Notes: generated from the letters alone by a model not told the origin. 63,870 nt of DNA, filler included, from Porpidia crustulata (GCA_964255105.1; 12 parts of 12 records of this genome joined end to end with filler, not necessarily neighbours in it); one strand, 5' to 3'. Shown: positions 13,841-26,639, numbered from the whole stretch's first letter. Numbers and translations: made by a program.

Positions 13841-15400
13841 ATGACCGCTGCCAGTGCGTCTAGATATAATCTTCCAATGGTATCGAATCCTCCAATTACC
13901 GACCGTACCCTGACCACCCGACGGCCATCCTCAGTCTCATCCCGCAGCACCACTACGCGCCGCCATCGCAGTGGTCGTTCGCATCATGGAGGGCCTTCTC
14001 TTCGGCCGCAGAATGAGTTTCCCAACTTCGCGCAGACCGGAGACGTCGAAATCATCATACACGCTGATGGCCAGGAGAAAAGATACATGCTCCATAGATT
14101 GATCTTGGCACAGTGCTCCGGGTTTTTCGAGGCTGGGACAAGCGAGGATTGGTCAAGAGCACAGGCGCGGGCACAGCTTCCTGATATCGGGCCAAGGTCT
14201 GGCAACGGGCTGACTAGGATTGGAGAGGAGGAGGAGGACTATGGTCGACAAACGGACAGGTCTGGTCCCCGAGGCATACAAGCAGGCGATAGACCCCTGT
14301 GGAGATATGAACTAGACTGGGGAAACAAAGATAATGAGATACCTATGCTGGTACAGAGGTCTCCGACATCATCTTTGTTTGGTGGCGACCATACACCGCG
14401 GCCACCTCCTGTCCCAAATAAGCCGCCACCACCCCCGTCAGGTTTCTTCCGCTCGATGGCCAATTTCTCAGCTATGCAATCAGCTTCTCATATACCAAGC
14501 TCAAACGTTCAGGCGAGTGCGGATAATGAAATAACACGCGACTACGATAATCTATTCCGCATATTCTATAATTACCCGCCAACCCTAGACTGTGTCAACA
14601 TTGCAGAAACCTACATCCAATGCAAGAGTCTGCTGGCGATAGCCGACATGTACGATGCTCTAGAGGTCGTTGGACCCCGCATAGACCACCATCTTCTGCA
14701 ATTTCAAAGCCGTCTGTGGAAGCAAATCGCCAAATACCCACCAAGTTACCTTAAGCTCGGTTATCTAGCCCGATCGAAAGTCATTTTCTCCGAAGCTCTC
14801 GTGCATGTAGTCGGACAATGGCCCTCCGGCTCTGCACAATTACGTAGTAGTGTTCCCGACTCCGTCCTCGACCTTATTGAAGACAAAGTCGAGGAATTAC
14901 AAGAGAAGAGAACAAAAGCGGAAATGCGGTTGTTCCGCCTTTCGCTTTCAACCTCAAGAGGTGATCGTGTAACACCTCAGAATTCTTACCTCGATTGGCT
15001 GGCTCTTTCTCTGTTCCGCCAGTGGCTGGCTGAGAACACTACGCCCCCACCTCCCCCCACTCCAAAGACTTCGAATCCAGAATCAAGGCGACCTCTTCCC
15101 GTTCAACCACCATCCATGAGTCCTGGAACTCTATACCGCCTGCTCGGGACTGGTGGAAATTCCTATCTTGCACACGACGAGCTGAAACGCTTTATTCGTA
15201 TACGGCCGGAAGAATACACTAGGGATACCCTGAAGAAGTTTGAGAAACGCATGAATGAGATCAAAGATATGGCAAGGGAATCAGTACGGCCACTCCTGAG
15301 GAGCTATCTCGAGCTAGACGTGGGACGAGAAGGTGGCGGGAGTTTAGGATATCTGACCTGCACTAGAGTTGAAGAGGGTGATTTCCCTTGGGAGGAGTGA
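13841..15400 (+). CDS. BTB/POZ-domain conserved fungal protein (519 aa, single exon)
   Basis: GDVEIII...YMLHRLILAQCSGFF BTB-like start. IAKYPPSYLKLGYLARSKVIFSEALVHVVGQW. C-terminal YLTCTRVEEGDFPWE. Confidence 0.8.
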   Translation: MTAASASRYNLPMVSNPPITDRTLTTRRPSSVSSRSTTTRRHRSGRSHHGGPSLRPQNEFPNFAQTGDVEIIIHADGQEKRYMLHRLILAQCSGFFEAGTSEDWSRAQARAQLPDIGPRSGNGLTRIGEEEEDYGRQTDRSGPRGIQAGDRPLWRYELDWGNKDNEIPMLVQRSPTSSLFGGDHTPRPPPVPNKPPPPPSGFFRSMANFSAMQSASHIPSSNVQASADNEITRDYDNLFRIFYNYPPTLDCVNIAETYIQCKSLLAIADMYDALEVVGPRIDHHLLQFQSRLWKQIAKYPPSYLKLGYLARSKVIFSEALVHVVGQWPSGSAQLRSSVPDSVLDLIEDKVEELQEKRTKAEMRLFRLSLSTSRGDRVTPQNSYLDWLALSLFRQWLAENTTPPPPPTPKTSNPESRRPLPVQPPSMSPGTLYRLLGTGGNSYLAHDELKRFIRIRPEEYTRDTLKKFEKRMNEIKDMARESVRPLLRSYLELDVGREGGGSLGYLTCTRVEEGDFPWEE

Positions 15401-16052
15401 TCGGGTGTAGAAGTTGAAATTGGAGAAGGTGCTATCAAATGACAGTGTTGTCATGAGGTCTTGAATCTGTTGGAGATACCCTTGTGTTTTTTGATAAGTG
15501 TATCGTTGTGTTTAGTACGAAATAGTAAATATTTGTCTTGGATCATGGATACAGAATTACAATAGTATCGTATGTTAAGGCAAAGCTCTTTTGATTTGCG
15601 TATGGAGGTACAAACATGTCTATCAGATCTCCGAATACTAATGATAAAATGAGGTTCAACAGATAGTAAGGAAAGCGAAGTGGACGGGTAGATACCTCGC
15701 CTTCTCCATTGGCTTGAATATCCGCGTTAAGCGCTTCAGGCACCTTGGCTCCTGACCTCAAAGCGTATGATCCTCTATGCTCACCAGGTAGTCACGCCAC
15801 GCAAACTCTCGCGCTCTCCACAAAAACCCTCCCCTTTCTCCCAAATTCAATACTTCGCCATGACGGTTCGATAGCGCCCATCACTCGCCTTGACAATCGA
15901 GCCAACCAGCACCATGCACGACCCTTTCCCCATCCCCTGCCCTCCCTTCCTCNNNNNNNNNNNNNNNNNNNNNNNNNNNNNNNNNNNNNNNNNNNNTTAA
16001 TTAATTAANNNNNNNNNNNNNNNNNNNNNNNNNNNNNNNNNNNNNNNNNNNN

Positions 16053-19000
16053 CCCCCAACTGATAATTCTCCTCCTCGATATTATGCTTGCCCACAATCG
16101 CCAGAAATACCTGATCCAGCGTCGTCTGGCTGACGGAATAATATTCGAAGCCTAATGCTGCTTTCTGCGCTTCTAGCGTCGTGAAGAGGGCGCCGATGCC
16201 GCTGGTTGTCGTGCCGGCATTCGCGGTGGCGGTGGTGACGGTGGTGGTATTAGGCTGCGTGGGTGTGATATCGTCGTCGGGTGATGGATTGGTATTCGAG
16301 ATCGGGGGTACGGGGGTCGATCGGGCTGGGACGCTGAACCGCAGCTGTCCATGATAGGTCTTACTCTCGACCAGCGCGCCGTCTAGATTCGCCACGATCC
16401 ACGCCTTGACGCGCTCCATATCCTCCGCGCTCGTGTGCGGGGCCGTCGCCATGATCAAATGTACATGATACCGATCTCCGTGCTTGCGGCGCAGATAACC
16501 GCTCGTGCCCAGCGCCAACATCTTCTGACCCATGATCCCGGCACGGTCCGCGAGCGCGTCCGCTTCCTCCATGCTGTGTGTTGTGAGCACGAGGCTGCGG
16601 CCCGGCACGACGGAGGCGAGCGTGCGCCACATGACGCGCTTGGCGCAGACGTCCATGCCGGACGAGGGTTCGTCGAGGAGGAGGACCGAGGGGTTACCCA
16701 TGAGGGCGATGGCGAGGGAGAGTTTGCGCTTGTTGCCGCCGGAGAGCTTGGCGGCCATGCGGTGCTGGAATTGCTGTAGGCCGACGCCGCGGATGACTTC
16801 GCGGACGTTGTGTTCGACGCCGTCGACACCGCGGACGCGTGCGTAGAAGCGGAGGTGCTCTAACACGGTCATTTGGTCGCAAGCGTCGACTTGCGGGCAG
16901 ACTCCTAAATTGTTGCGCGCGGCGGCTCGGTGTTTGCTGATGGGGGTGGATTCGACAAAGATTTCGCCGCTATTATAAGAGGGACGGATATCGCCACGGA
17001 TTAGGGAGATGGTGGTGCTTTTGCCAGCTCCGTTCGGGCCGAGAAGAGCAAAGACTTCTCCGCGTTTGACGCCAAAGGTAATGTCTTTTACGGCCACGTT
17101 GTTGCCAAAGGCTTTTGTGATATGCATCACTCGAAGACCATCGTCGGGGGAATTGTTGACTCGTTTGACTTCGGCGGAGATTTCATCCTCGACACCTTCG
17201 GTTTCTTCCAAATCTTCGGGCTTATAGGTTCGACGGCGGACCTTGTCCCAGAGGGACCCACTGTCCCACCAAAGCAGAAGGCCAAAAAGGAAGATGGATT
17301 GTAGGATAAGGTAGAGGATTGGACCTCCGTATAGTTTGATATCTCCTGGGTATGATGCAATAGTTCTGTCTCGACAAAGCACAGAAAACACATTGAGGGA
17401 TACGAACAAGGCACGGATCAGACTTCCTGTGGGTGTGACTAAAGAGATGGTGAAATGTACAATGAGTATGTATGAATCGACTTTCTCGACTGGGGCATAA
17501 GTAAGGACGCTCAGATAGGCAATGAAGTAGAGGAGGAACAGGACCCTGAAGATGAATTAGTACCAATTATGGTCATCTGGGGATATCAAACTCACGCTTG
17601 GCTGCCAGCAGCAAAGGCAAAAGCCGCCAGTTGAGACCGTGAAACGAGCGATATGGCATAAGATAAAAGCGTAGAAGCCAGGCCGTAGCAGAAGAAAACC
17701 ACGAAGAGGTACTCCAAGTGATACCATTGATTGCTCGCGCCACGGAAGATGATTATGGAAATAACACTGCTGGCTAGAACGATCAAGAAATCGAAAGTGA
17801 CATAAGCCGACCAGAGACATACGCTTCGAACGCCTTGGATATAATCATATTAGTAGAATTGAGATCTATGATTGGGAAAGTACATACCATTGCTATAATG
17901 TAGCTGCCTCACGTTGCGCAAACGTTCAAGAGTGGGATACAGAGCAAAAAATGCGGGAAAGGCACACATAGCCAGGCCAAAATAGACAATCAGTTGTAAT
18001 GTCTTACCCGCACCAGAAACCCAAGGTACGTCAAATGCCTGATATTGCGTGCTGATGGAGACATTCGTCAAAAGTGTGTCGAGAGCGTTCTGAGTTATTG
18101 TTGCTAGAGAAATATCTGCATCGCCCTTATAAGCAAAGGTCGGTGGTGCTCCATTTTCTCCAAGATAAAAGCCTCCCGGAGTGACATTTGCAAAATGCGT
18201 GTTGATGTAGTTGTTGAAGTCGTTCAAGGTACCATCGATCGCACGCACAGATTGCTGTAACGCGGTCAATCCTCCTTTGCCTGATCCACCACCAGGGAGG
18301 GTGGCTCCAATGCGCTGCAAATCCGTCTGGGAAAACCTACTTGCCGGTCCAACGACTAGGGTATAGTTGATCTGCGTCTCCAATGATACAATTTTAGACG
18401 AGGAAATACGTTCAGTAGGAGAGCAGCCTGGAGCGGTAAACCCTTTCAAGAACAGGGTCACTAGACCAGCCGCGATGACTGGGAGTAGGAATGCTGCCAG
18501 ATAAGGAAGATAATTCCGCTGAAAAACAGTCCATCTCTTGCGGAATAAGGTAAAGGCTTGACGCATCAATCCAATCCGCTTCCCTGTCTGAAGTTGCAAC
18601 TCTTTCTCGGATGCATCAATATCCGAGTCTTTTCCTTCCGTAACCACGGCTTCTTCACTTGATACTTTACTAGGCCGGTCCTCCGTATCTTCAAGCTTAA
18701 GACGGCCCTCTGTATTGGCATCCGCCTCTTCTGCGACGTTGAAAAAAATCTCTTCGATGGAAGGCGAGTTGATCTCGTAATTAGTAATACCTGCAGCTTC
18801 TAGCTCCTTGACAAATCCTGCGGCTTGAGCGGAGTCTGGCACGGTATACACTGTTTTATCCTCCAACACCTTTCTTGAAATTCCCTTAAAGTCGGGCATA
18901 TGACTGTCGGTTGTTCCAGGAACCTTGAAGACATGTATCCTATAGCCTCCACCGAGCCGGTGTTTCAATTCCACCGCCGAGCCTTGTGCTTTGAGATTTC

Positions 19001-21081
19001 CCTTCGATAAGATGGCAATCTGATCTGACAGTAGATCTGCTTCGTCTAGAAAATGGGTCGTAAATATGATTGTCCTAGCACCTCTTTCCGCGAGTAGTAT
19101 CTGCCATAACTTTTGGCGTGCTAATGCGTCTACTCCGCTAGAACATTCGTCGACACAGCAAACCCTACTACCGCCGGTGAACATCATACTCAACTGTAAT
19201 TTTCGTTTTTGGCCTCCTGAAAGTTGTCGCGCTTTTGCTCCAATCTTCCTGTCGAGATCGCATGCTGCAATGAGTTCGTTGATCTCGGCTTTCGAAGCTG
19301 GTTTCCCAGTGGATTTTAGTCGATTGAATATTCGGACGTGCTCATATGAGGTTAGTTGATCCCAGAGAACATTGCGCTGTGGACAAATGCCGAGCCCACC
19401 GTAACCATCCACAGCTATATTGCCTGAGGTAACAGTGTTCAGTCCCGCAATGGCTTCTAGAGTCGTAGATTTTCCGCTGCCATTGCTACCCAATAAAACC
19501 ATAATTTGGCCTTGAGGTATCGTGAGACTCAACTCATTGACCGCAACTACCGTCTCCTTTCTTTTTCCAAAGCGAGTCGCAATATTCCTGGCCCACCAAG
19601 ACGGCTTGTAGCATTTTGTAAATCCAGAGAGCTCAACTGCAGCTTGGGACCTATCGAGACTACCGACAAAGGTACTCCGCCCTTTCGAAGCCGTCCCATA
19701 CAACCTTCTTTCGACCAATGCTCCCAGTATAGGAAACACAGCAATGTGGATTATAGCGAATACAAAGAATGCAATTCCCGGAATTGTCCATGGATTCTGA
19801 GGTGCTGACTTGACAAGATTGGTTGGTAGGTTCTGACGTTCCCACCGCGCCATCAGAATCGTGAAGAAATTATAGTTCATTGGCGGGAAAAGCAGGCTAA
19901 GTACTGCAACGGCCCCGGTGCTTAATTGCTTATTGATGGCCTGGGAAAGCACGGCTAGCAAGAGGGATATGATTGTAGTCGAGATACCGCTGAGTTGTGC
20001 CTTGTGGAAGAAAGCAGCCCCAAAGATCGAAAAGGAAGACAGAGAAAGTCCGGCAAGTATGTTGAAGACTAGCAGAATGCCAAAACTCGTTTTGGCAAAC
20101 ACCCCATAACCCAGGATGAGTGCTATACCGATCCAACCCGGAAGGAACATGAGGTCAAATGCCACGTGATTTGCAATCAACCTAGCAGCTTGGGGTTCCC
20201 AGCGTCGTTTGTTTGGCATGGAAGCATCAATAATCTGAGTCATCCCTAGCTCTCTTTCTGAAGCCATCAGGCCGACCAATTGGTAGATGACACCAACAAT
20301 ACTGATGAAGAAAGCCACGCCTAGAATATCAATGATTCCTCCCATGTATCTCACCCGTATATTGTCGTTCCTTTGCTGCTGTGTCAACGAGGTGAAGGGG
20401 TACTCGTACACGTGGCTTGATAATGCACCCTGGTCGATGGTTTTGTTGTTCCCAGCTATGGAAAAATCGATGGCATGCTGCAGCGGAAGCGGGTAGACTT
20501 CCACTTCGTTGTCGGCGTTTGTTGTATCGATCTTATTACCCAATCCCCCATCTGCCCGTAGACTGTAATTCCACATGCCTCCAGGCCCTTCCGTTGGTGA
20601 ACCGTAGAAAACAGCCGCGCCATAGCAAGCCGAGACGCCACGCAGGGAACTTCGGCATACCGTCAACAGTTCCTCCTCTTTTGACAACATCTGCGCAATC
20701 TTCCCCTGTCCTCTGACTGTTGCTGCGACCGAGTGTATGACGGCTTCAATATCCCCTCCGGAAAACCCACTATTTACAAACGCTACCGTGTTCCTTCCTC
20801 CTCCAGCGGTGTTGAGTGCGTCAGCGAGCGATCGTACGGGCGTGGAATTCCCAATGCCGAAATGAGAAGGGGGGATGAAGAGGTTCCGCGCATAGGCCAA
20901 GAAGCCAATGAAGACGCTGGGTCAATGCGATCAGCATCATAGGACTTCTCTCTCTGCTCTGGCATTCTTTCACTTACAGAGGCAGTAGAAAACAACGTAG
21001 GGGCGTGGAGAATGCATGGCGAACGAGCACAATCAGTATGTTTTTTTGGGTCAATGTCCAGACTTGGCGAAGGAACAACAT
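16053..21081 (-). CDS. Full-size ABCA-family ABC transporter (TMD-NBD-TMD-NBD); last codons cut by contig end
   Basis: Start MLFLRQVWTLTQKN at 21081, intron 20977-20917. NBD1 GSNGSGKST/LSGGQKRK/TTHFLDEAD. NBD2 GPNGAGKST/LSGGNKRK/LLLDEPSSG/TTHSMEEA. C-terminal YSVSQTTLDQVF. Confidence 0.95.
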
Positions 21082-21599
21082 GGCTCTGAGTAGCCTCAAT
21101 TGGGCGTCCTTTCACACTCAAGTCTCTCACTAATGCGCCATTTTAACCATCAACAATACTTCAACAAGAAGTCATTTCCACGACAGACAGCGAAGGCGGC
21201 GTGAGAAGTAGACGTGCTACAGGTGCATCACCGTATGTCTCAACATTATTGATGCTGGAGCCTAAGTAACGGCCGTTAGGGCTTGGAGTATTCTACAGNN
21301 NNNNNNNNNNNNNNNNNNNNNNNNNNNNNNNNNNNNNNNNNNTTAATTAATTAANNNNNNNNNNNNNNNNNNNNNNNNNNNNNNNNNNNNNNNNNNNNGG
21401 GTAAGTGGGTGGGGGCAAATGTTCCGATTGTGATGCGTGGTTGTTGTGTATGTGGAAGTTGTTGTAGTAGATAGAGTAGGGGGGGGTTAAGGACTTTTTT
21501 GATGAAGCTGTGTGCGAGTTGAAGAGGCGACAGAGTACTAGTATTTACTACTCAATTGATACATAATCTAGACAGTCAATTTATCTTTAAGCTATCCCA

Positions 21600-22140
21600 A
21601 AAGCGATTCAATGGCGTAGAACTTCTTCTAAAAGCCATTGTTTCTGTACTAAGATTTCTTGCGAAAAGACATGTAGCCTGATAATGTGCTTAGAAGATTA
21701 TAAAATAGAGTCTGTAGCTGTTAAAGTAGTCATGTTTCTTTCGCCCAAGAATTGCATGGGGATCGAACGCTCGGTATCTTGGGGGAAGGGATGCGGGGAT
21801 TCTCGTCTTCATATTCGTTCCAGAATTCTGAGCATAAAGTGAGCTAAAAGTTGGGACTCATGTAGGAAAAGACGCAGTATGGGAAGCCTAACTTGGCTTG
21901 CTTTGAGCAGTCAAAGTTGCTGAACATATGCTTCTCTGAGAGTTCGTTGTTGATGAATAGAACAACTTGCCTCACCAATTCCTCTTTGCCGCATGACAAA
22001 ATTCCTTGTGTGTTTCTTATCGCGGAGAGATTATCTAGAACAATTGTCTACGTACGAAGATCGCATGTAGTGAATCTAATACCTGACGATCTGCATAGGT
22101 TCAAATCGTTCAGACTCTACACTAATGCCATCTTCAAGAC
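21600..22140 (-). pseudogene. Possible decayed intron-containing gene remnant
   Basis: Protein-like segments (DNLSAIRNTQGILSCGKEELVRQVVLF...; ILERI*RRESPHPFPQ...SIL*SSKHIIRLHVFSQEILV) separated by GT..AG intron-like spacers, with isolated TGA/TAA stops. Confidence 0.25.
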
Positions 22141-23273
22141 AATCTATGCCCTAATCCAATTGACACCTGTCAGATCATGCACCGTACCACACCACATCAT
22201 TTTTTCCCTCAAAGCCTAAACTTAATCTTTCAAAATGACCGAATAGGGAAGCTTTGGCTGCACCATCAACATCAGTTGCAGCGTATCTCACGGGGGAAAA
22301 AAAGAAAATCCTCAGTGAAACGGTCTGTGCACCGTATGAGGCTGACGGGTGACATCTGCACGCCGCGCTGGGTCTTGGGGTAAATTCTCCGATTATGCAT
22401 GGCCACGGCGTTGAGTCTGCACATCTTGGCAGAGGAGTATGTGAGGATAGACTTCAGCGTGGCGATATATGAAAATCTCGCATCAAGTAACGCAGTTTCA
22501 AGAACCTCGATGTAGCAGAAGAGCAGAGTTGTGCGCAAGATGAAGAAGCGACAGCCGCACGTGATGGGCACGCTTAAAGGATTTCTCAATGTTCTACGTG
22601 CGCTTCCTTGTTCCTTACGTGATGGAAACGCGGACCAAACCTTCCAAAGCCGCCAACCCCCGCTATCAAGGGCACTTAGTGGGAGTATTGTGGAAGTCCC
22701 GTCCTGATGCTCCAGCCTAAAGCAGGAGTATTTTGACGGTGGTGCCGACTAGAGGTCTAGAGGAGAACGCCACGGATCACACGAACAAATGGGCAGCGTC
22801 GTGGGCAGACGAGACGAGCAGATCTGACAGTGCCATGACGAATTTGGCATTCGGCAGATCTGTGACCCTCGAGCCTCTACTACTCATGCCAGATCCACAT
22901 CCATCGGACTCGTTCAGGCTTGGTTCGCCCGCAAGACCGAATCGCTATGAGATCTGGTTAGTGGGCAGGAGCATGGATCAATAATCATCGTGCTGATTGA
23001 GACTCCTGATTATGTACTTCCTCTCAATCTGCCATACATGTTCACTATCCGCTATCTTTAATCTTGATGAAGGGGTCAATGCATCGTTCCGCTTTCATAT
23101 TTGCTTCTTGACAACCTCGACGTTGGGCGCGAGCACATGAGCTTTTAGGCCGTGGAGCCCATTTTCCATTCGCTCCGTTATCAACCCAGATTTTTATATC
23201 TATCTGTGGTCTCTTGCATCTTTGGTTGCGAGGTTCTACAACATCTCCCATCGTGTCTTGATCACTTCCCAAC

Positions 23274-24523
23274 ATGGCTCCACAGACCAGCATCCCCATC
23301 GCAGCAAACGTCTTGGGCACCATTGGCACGGTGTTTTGGTGTGTACAATTACTGCCTCAGATATGGTTCAATTGGAGAACAAAAAAGACCGATGGCCTAC
23401 CCGCGCTGATGATGTTCTTGTGGGCTCTGTGTGGGTACTTGTGTTCCAAGACCATGTGCATGTTGGCTGATATCTAGATAGGTGCTCCTCCTTTTGGTGT
23501 ATACGCTGTGGTGCAAGTAAGATACACTTTGCTCATGATGCAGTGCACATCGCTGACCGTGCCAGAACTTCAACATCCCTATCCAAATCCAGCCACAAAT
23601 ATTCTGCTTTCTATCTCTCGTGAGCTACGCACAAATACTAGTATACACACAGTATATATCATCCCTTCCTCCAAAATCTACTTGGACACCTCTGACATAT
23701 ATCCGAGTAAATGGCCCACATGGAAAGCCGCGGCGTTGTCCACAGCGCTTGGATTTGCCTTTGGCGTTTTCGAGGTCGTTTTGATTCTTACCCTCAGAGT
23801 ATGTTATCTCCATAGTAGCAGCAAACAAGCTAACATACGAAAGGGCCCCTATAACCGCGGAGTATCGTGGCCAATGGTCCTTGTTGGCGTCATTGCCGCC
23901 ATTCTCCTAGCTGCCGGCATCATCCCTCCCTACCCCGAACTCATTAAACGCGGCGGCCGAGTTGTCGGAATCAGTCAGCGCTTTCCCTTTACCCCCTCCA
24001 CCTTTGACCCTATTCTTTCCCCGAAATTTCCAAACCCGCCTAATCAAAAATTCCCACAGATTTTATCTTCCTGTCCATGGACTGGCTCGGCGCCTTCTTC
24101 TCCCTCATGGCCCTCGTCGCCCAGCAAACCTTCGACGTCCTCGGCGGCGTCCTCTATATCTGCTGCATCATGCTCGAAGCCGGCATCTTCCTCTCCCACT
24201 TCATCTGGCTCGTACGCACCCGCAAGCTGCGCAAGCAGGCCAAGGACGCCGGCATCGATTTCGACGATTTGCCCGGGACGAGCAAGTATCGTGTCGCCGC
24301 AGACCGGGATCCCGAGGTCGTGGGAGGCATGGGAGGGGACAAGGAAATGCGCGCGAACGGGAAGAAAAATAGATGGTGGCGAAAAGGCACGAGGAGCCCG
24401 GGCGAGTCGGAAGAAATAGGCACGCAATCCCCAGGCTTAGTGCCCGATACGCCGATAAGCCAGGATTCCGCAGCAGGATCTGGGTCCCGCCACAACGACA
24501 ACAGAGCTAGCGAAGCGGTTTAG
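23274..24523 (+). CDS. PQ-loop repeat membrane protein (Ilt1/YDR090C-like), multi-exon
   Basis: GTIGTVFWCVQLLPQIWFNWRTKKTDGLP. Second repeat LLAAGIIPPY..GRVVGINFIFLSMDWLGAFFSL after splicing. Multiple hydrophobic segments. Confidence 0.88.
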
Positions 24524-25632
24524 CACAAGCAAAACTTTAGTCACAAGTCGTCGACCGAGATTGTCAAGAGTGCCACAGTCCCTACGCCTCCGCCCAGGGG
24601 AAGAACAGCGGATAGCGCGCACTGAAAACGCCACTTTCACATCACCGCAACCGCTCCCTCGCGGCCCACAGTCCCCGTCTCGCACAGGAACCGAAACGCC
24701 ACCGCCAGGATACCGTGCGAATCTCCGCCGGAGTTAGGTGTTTCGTCCTCGCCATCTGCGTCGGCCACCGTGTCGGGTGTTCCTAGTACTGTGGGGAGGT
24801 GATGGGCTGGGTTGGGCTGTGCTGAGATGGGACCATGAGCGCGTGGGGATGCGCCAGGGTCGGGGGGTTTTGTGGGTCGAGGACGCCGTCATCGTAATGA
24901 AGCCGTAATCGTGACATTGTCGCAGGAGCGGAGGAATGGACGAGGGTGAGGGAGACGGAGGTTCAGTCAGTGATTTTGTATCCGCTAGTTTGGGGGCACA
25001 GATCAATAATTTCGACAGCTCAATGACGTTAAAGTTTCCGCTGGCAGCAACAACGTTTATCATCCACTAACTTACAAAAGCTACGATTTATCCCTTATAA
25101 CCTAATAAAACCTACCAATTTTTTTTTTTAAAATAACAATTAGTATCTACTTTTAGGTGTTTGGACGTCCCAATCCGGGGGCCTTTGAAGCCGCTTTACG
25201 ATGCCAAAACACCGAGGCCAAAAGACCCGGACCGGTAAAACTCTTGAGCCGGACTCGATGGGTGAACAAGGATCTGCTAGTCTCAGGTTCTCTCGCAGGG
25301 CTTGCGCTTCCTCATGAATTGCACTCCATTTCTGGCTTACAGCTTCAAAATAGTCCTGCCCTCCTTACCGCCGTGCGTCTCTTGGGGCCGTGAACGTTAT
25401 TACACCATGTTGTACCTTCCCTTCTCCCCTGGACCCTTCTATCCTCCTCTACTCTGCCCTCAACCACGGCGCTGTGCAATCCTTTTTCTCTTTATCTATT
25501 CACCTGTACAACACACCTCGAGTGCTATCGTTCTTTTTTCTGGTCACAAGCCTGCCACCAGGGTTCACAGCCGCACTATCTTGCTCTTCCGCGAAATGCT
25601 CTATTTGTCCTCCACGATAGCATCCATACATC

Positions 25633-26639
25633 ATGCAAAGACGGCGGAAAACTGTCAGATTGCCCCCCAGCTTCTACATCCAACAGCGCAAGGAACTCGC
25701 AGACCAGGGACGGACTCCTCCTAAGCCTGCCGACAGAACGATGAAGAGCCTGGCGTCTGTAATAGTAAAGGTCAAAAAGTAGGTACTCTCGATCTTCTAG
25801 GTGCCATGGCTGTCAATACTAGTGGAGACTCTAGGTATTGCCTCGAACTTGGGAAGCACCAGGAAGCCTTCTTGAAAGAAGCAGAGATGCCAGATCTCAA
25901 AGTCTTTTGGTTATGGGTTATGAATAACTACAAGAGGATAGAGGCAGCCTCAAGCCTGAAACTTTACTGGCGGGTTCTACAAATGCACATCCTTGATAAG
26001 ACTGGTCGAGTCTTCAGTGGAAGTGACAAGAGAGACATCCGCAATGTAAGATGTTTTTTGGGATCAGAAGAAACTTGACTGACCGCTCGGCCCGTGCAGT
26101 ATGTCAAACGTCTCGAGGTCCAGTTCCGTCTTCGTACACTTCCCATGAAAAAACCCGTCGCAGATTGCGACGATCTGTATCTTTGGCTCTATACCCATTG
26201 GGTCATTGATGATTCGGTATTTCCGGATGAGCGCCAGCGGGTTCAGCATTCCGCAGGAATACTTATGGGCGGATTCTTCGGTTGTAGACTGTGCTCCCTC
26301 TTCGATACCAGAGTCAAGCTTGACCTTTCCGACGTCGATGACCTCAGTTTGAGCGATACAACAACGATTAGATATCACGATACGAACAGCAATCGTGGAG
26401 ACGACACCTTGATGATGATCGATTCTGGCTGCGGAGTTGATAGCAAGTCCACCAGGCTTCATGATCATGACGGTGAAGGCTACTGCGATTCTGATACCGC
26501 TTATGACAGCGAGAGCAACAATGACTCTAATACGGCTTATGACAGTAACAGTGACAGCGACGGTGACTTGAGTTTGCGCAACAGTATCGCTGAGGATTGC
26601 GATACAGATGATGAATGTACTGCGGGATCCGAAGAAACT
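25633..26639 (+). CDS. DUF3435-type tyrosine recombinase (Starship captain-like), 5' part only; exons 25633-25778, 25835-26045, 26100-contig end
   Basis: In-frame splicing via GTAGGT..CTAG (25779-25834) and GTAAGA..CTGAC..CAG (26046-26099). Motif KKPVADCDDLYLWLYTHWVIDDSVFPDERQRVQ..ILMGGFFGCRLCSLF matches the DUF3435 pattern, followed by an acidic insertion. Confidence 0.75.
26487..26558 (+). repeat. Imperfect 36-nt tandem duplication in the acidic insert of the recombinase
   Basis: DSDTAYDSESNN / DSNTAYDSNSDS encoded by near-identical units. Confidence 0.7.

Larger units (their letters stand above)
25060..26639 (+). mobile_element. Probable 5' end of a Starship-type giant transposon (boundary approximate)
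   Basis: Captain-like gene oriented away from the host PQ-loop gene. AT-rich break with poly-T at ~25060-25155, about 0.5 kb upstream of the ATG. Confidence 0.4.

Noticed and set aside
19110..19170. Atypical Walker B (VCCVDECSSG) in ABCA NBD1 as a dead ATPase site
   Set aside because: The catalytic DE pair and H-loop are retained, and to my recollection similar variants are usual in fungal ABCA proteins.
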